Shown here: in pieces, positions 62,146-64,000 of the stretch
How the letters are laid out: every line of letters begins with the position of its first letter
Position numbering within the stretch: position 1 is the first letter of the stretch
NCBI RefSeq assembly: GCF_006345805.1
Contig: NC_043000.1
Span: 1,240,001-1,304,000, forward strand
Direction of reading: 5' to 3'
Source of the DNA: Octopus sinensis
Lineage: Eukaryota
Length of the DNA stretch: 64,000 bases
Notes under the pieces: generated by a model
The model's database searches: none
What the model was told of the DNA's origin: nothing
The model's input: the letters and a program-made list of their open reading frames with translations, nothing else
Made by a program: the position numbers and the translations under genes

Positions 62146-62500
62146 ATCCATCCATCCATCTTTCTTTTCCGCCCTCTGTTCCTGAGAGGGTAGAGTCCTC
62201 GGGCACTTCCTCCATGAGGTCCTGTCAGAAGCAACCACCATACAGTTTCCTGCTAGATTTCCTTATGCGACTAATTGAAACTATGGATAGTATTCAACCA
62301 TCTCGTTCTTAGCCTATTCCTAGTCGGCTCTGCTTGAAGAATTCGTCTTGCAATTCTTTCCTGCGATATTCTAATCATATATCCGTTCTACCGGAGTTAT
62401 GACCTCTCAATGTGTAGGAGAGACTCGACCTGGAGAGACTCACTGGTCTCCGAGTTATGCTCCCTGTCGTGTAGCGTTACTCTTGTGATTTGACAAATTT
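62146..62500 (-). mobile_element. RTE-clade LINE 3' fragment
   Basis: ITRVTLHDREHNSETSESLQVESLLHIERS*LR*NGYMIRISQERIARRILQAEPT...TRWL; (tgga)n tail. Confidence 0.82.
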
Positions 62501-63061
62501 CTTTCAGGCCCAACAAAACGACTTCGGTTCATTCAATAAAGATTAACCTACGAAGATTTCGTTTAGTGAGGCAGTAAGTACTATTGGTGTCCACACCATT
62601 TTTTTCTTTACAGACTCCTAACATAAAGATATTTTTTACAATTACAGACTCCTAACATAAAGATATCTATGTGGTCAACAACCAGCTAGCTCTGCTTTCG
62701 AGAACTTCAATGTTCCAGACAGAATTTATATTGATTTATTTTAAACTATACTGGTAACTGAAATAACATTTCGTCTCTCCTCATCTTACAACAACAAAGA
62801 TTAATAATTTGTATCCCTTGAAATCTACGCAAGAGCTTACAGTTTAGAAAACACAGTTTTAAAGGTCTATTCAGACAAGTTTACATTCTTCGAAGAAGAG
62901 TTGACATCTCAGACTTTTCAGTAGATTAATTACTAAGGAGATGTAAAATATACTACTAAAGATAAATTAGATATGGGCGGAAATAAGGTAACGAATTAAT
63001 CAGTTGTACAGCCGACCAGTGATAATGATGCTGTAATGAAAGCATGTGTTGTTTTAGTAGT

Positions 63062-63383
63062 GTGAGGGCGCGTGGCTTAGTGGTTAGGGCATTCGGCTCA
63101 TGATCGTAAGGTTGTGAGTTCGATTCCCGGCGACGCGTTGTATCCTTGAGCAAGACACTTTATTTCACGTTGCTCCAGTCCACTCAGCTGGCAAAAATGA
63201 GTTGTACTTGTATTTCAAAGGGTCAGCCTTGTCACTCTCTGTGTCACGCTGATTATCCCCGAGAACTACGTTAAGGGTACACGTGTTTGTGGAATGCTCA
63301 GCCATTTGCACGTTAATTTCACGAGCAAGCTGTTCCGTTGATCGTATCAGCTGGGACCCTCGTCGTCGTAACCGGCGGAGTCT
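63062..63383 (+). mobile_element. SINE family D, full length, 13-bp TSD
   Basis: 4 mismatches to 12639-12960; TSD ttgttttagtagt at 63049-63061 and 63384-63396. Confidence 0.92.
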
Positions 63384-63932
63384 TTGTTTTAGTAGTATCA
63401 GCAACTACTTTAGTAATCGAAAATAAAGTATTATTTGCTTGATGGCACTACGTAACCAACAAGAGATATTTGTCGGAATGATAAAAAGAAAACTAACTTT
63501 GCTGATTGTATAAATAACAAGGATGCCGCGAATATAGTATACGCAGACAAAAAAAACTCAATAAAACAACATATATATTAGCTTGTGCAATGAGTAATGG
63601 TTCTAATACACGCTTAATACCAATAACAAATTCTGCTAATGTAGATCTGATTTCGTTTAATTCTAATTTTAATAACACGCACAACTTCAGGAATCGTAGG
63701 AGCAGTTCTCACACACTTTCAACAACCAGTCAAGAAGCAATGGTTTTCACATACAAACATCCGTCTCTTAAACCTATTTGTCTTACGTTCAAGATGCACA
63801 GAAATAATGCTGATAGTGCAGGAATATGCGTTAAATGTCAATACAATACTGTATACTGTCACATTACAGGCAACTTCTAGATCCACGTGTTAGATTATAA
63901 GATAGCTGTGCCGGAATAACAGAAATCACGTA

Positions 63933-64000
63933 CCGTAAATCCTCGCGTATAATCCGCACTTTTTCCCCAAAATTTAAAGGTCAAAATTCCTAGTGCATAC
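63933..64000 (+). mobile_element. Start of a pogo/Tigger-like DNA element
   Basis: TA|ccgtaaatcctcgcgtataatccgcac resembles pogo-type TIRs; cut by the window end. Confidence 0.5.

Noticed and set aside
63062-63135. tRNA gene call for SINE heads (also 12890-12960 and 58300-58370)
   Set aside because: A and B boxes are present, but the heads continue into SINE bodies and tails (with TSDs in the family D copies) and lack a proper acceptor stem.

Overview
This is AT-rich, repeat-saturated eukaryotic non-coding DNA. The SINE and LINE repertoire and the microsatellite load point to an octopus or other coleoid cephalopod genome (inference; no database search was possible). No host protein-coding gene can be supported, and nearly all listed ORFs are microsatellite or minisatellite artefacts. 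Contents: (1) the 3' half of a Ty3/Gypsy element (RT, RNase H, integrase, PPT, 3' LTR) whose visible frameshifts fall almost entirely in homopolymer runs; (2) dozens of tRNA-derived SINE copies from at least five modular families; (3) 3' fragments of CR1-like, RTE and R4/Dong-like LINEs; (4) non-autonomous Helitrons, mariner remnants and several MITEs; (5) long palindromes and minisatellites, two of them derived from SINE segments. Three signals stand out. First, there are about ten hammerhead-ribozyme motifs in several unrelated Penelope-like repeats: two have fully canonical cores (22244-22334 and 31703-31776, both minus strand) and others share core variants. Second, two CR1-like LINE families and the commonest SINE share a 3' tail motif whose stem-loop differs in sequence but keeps pairing. 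Third, one SINE family forms tandem arrays with a 184-bp period and the same hairpin-forming junction at independent loci.
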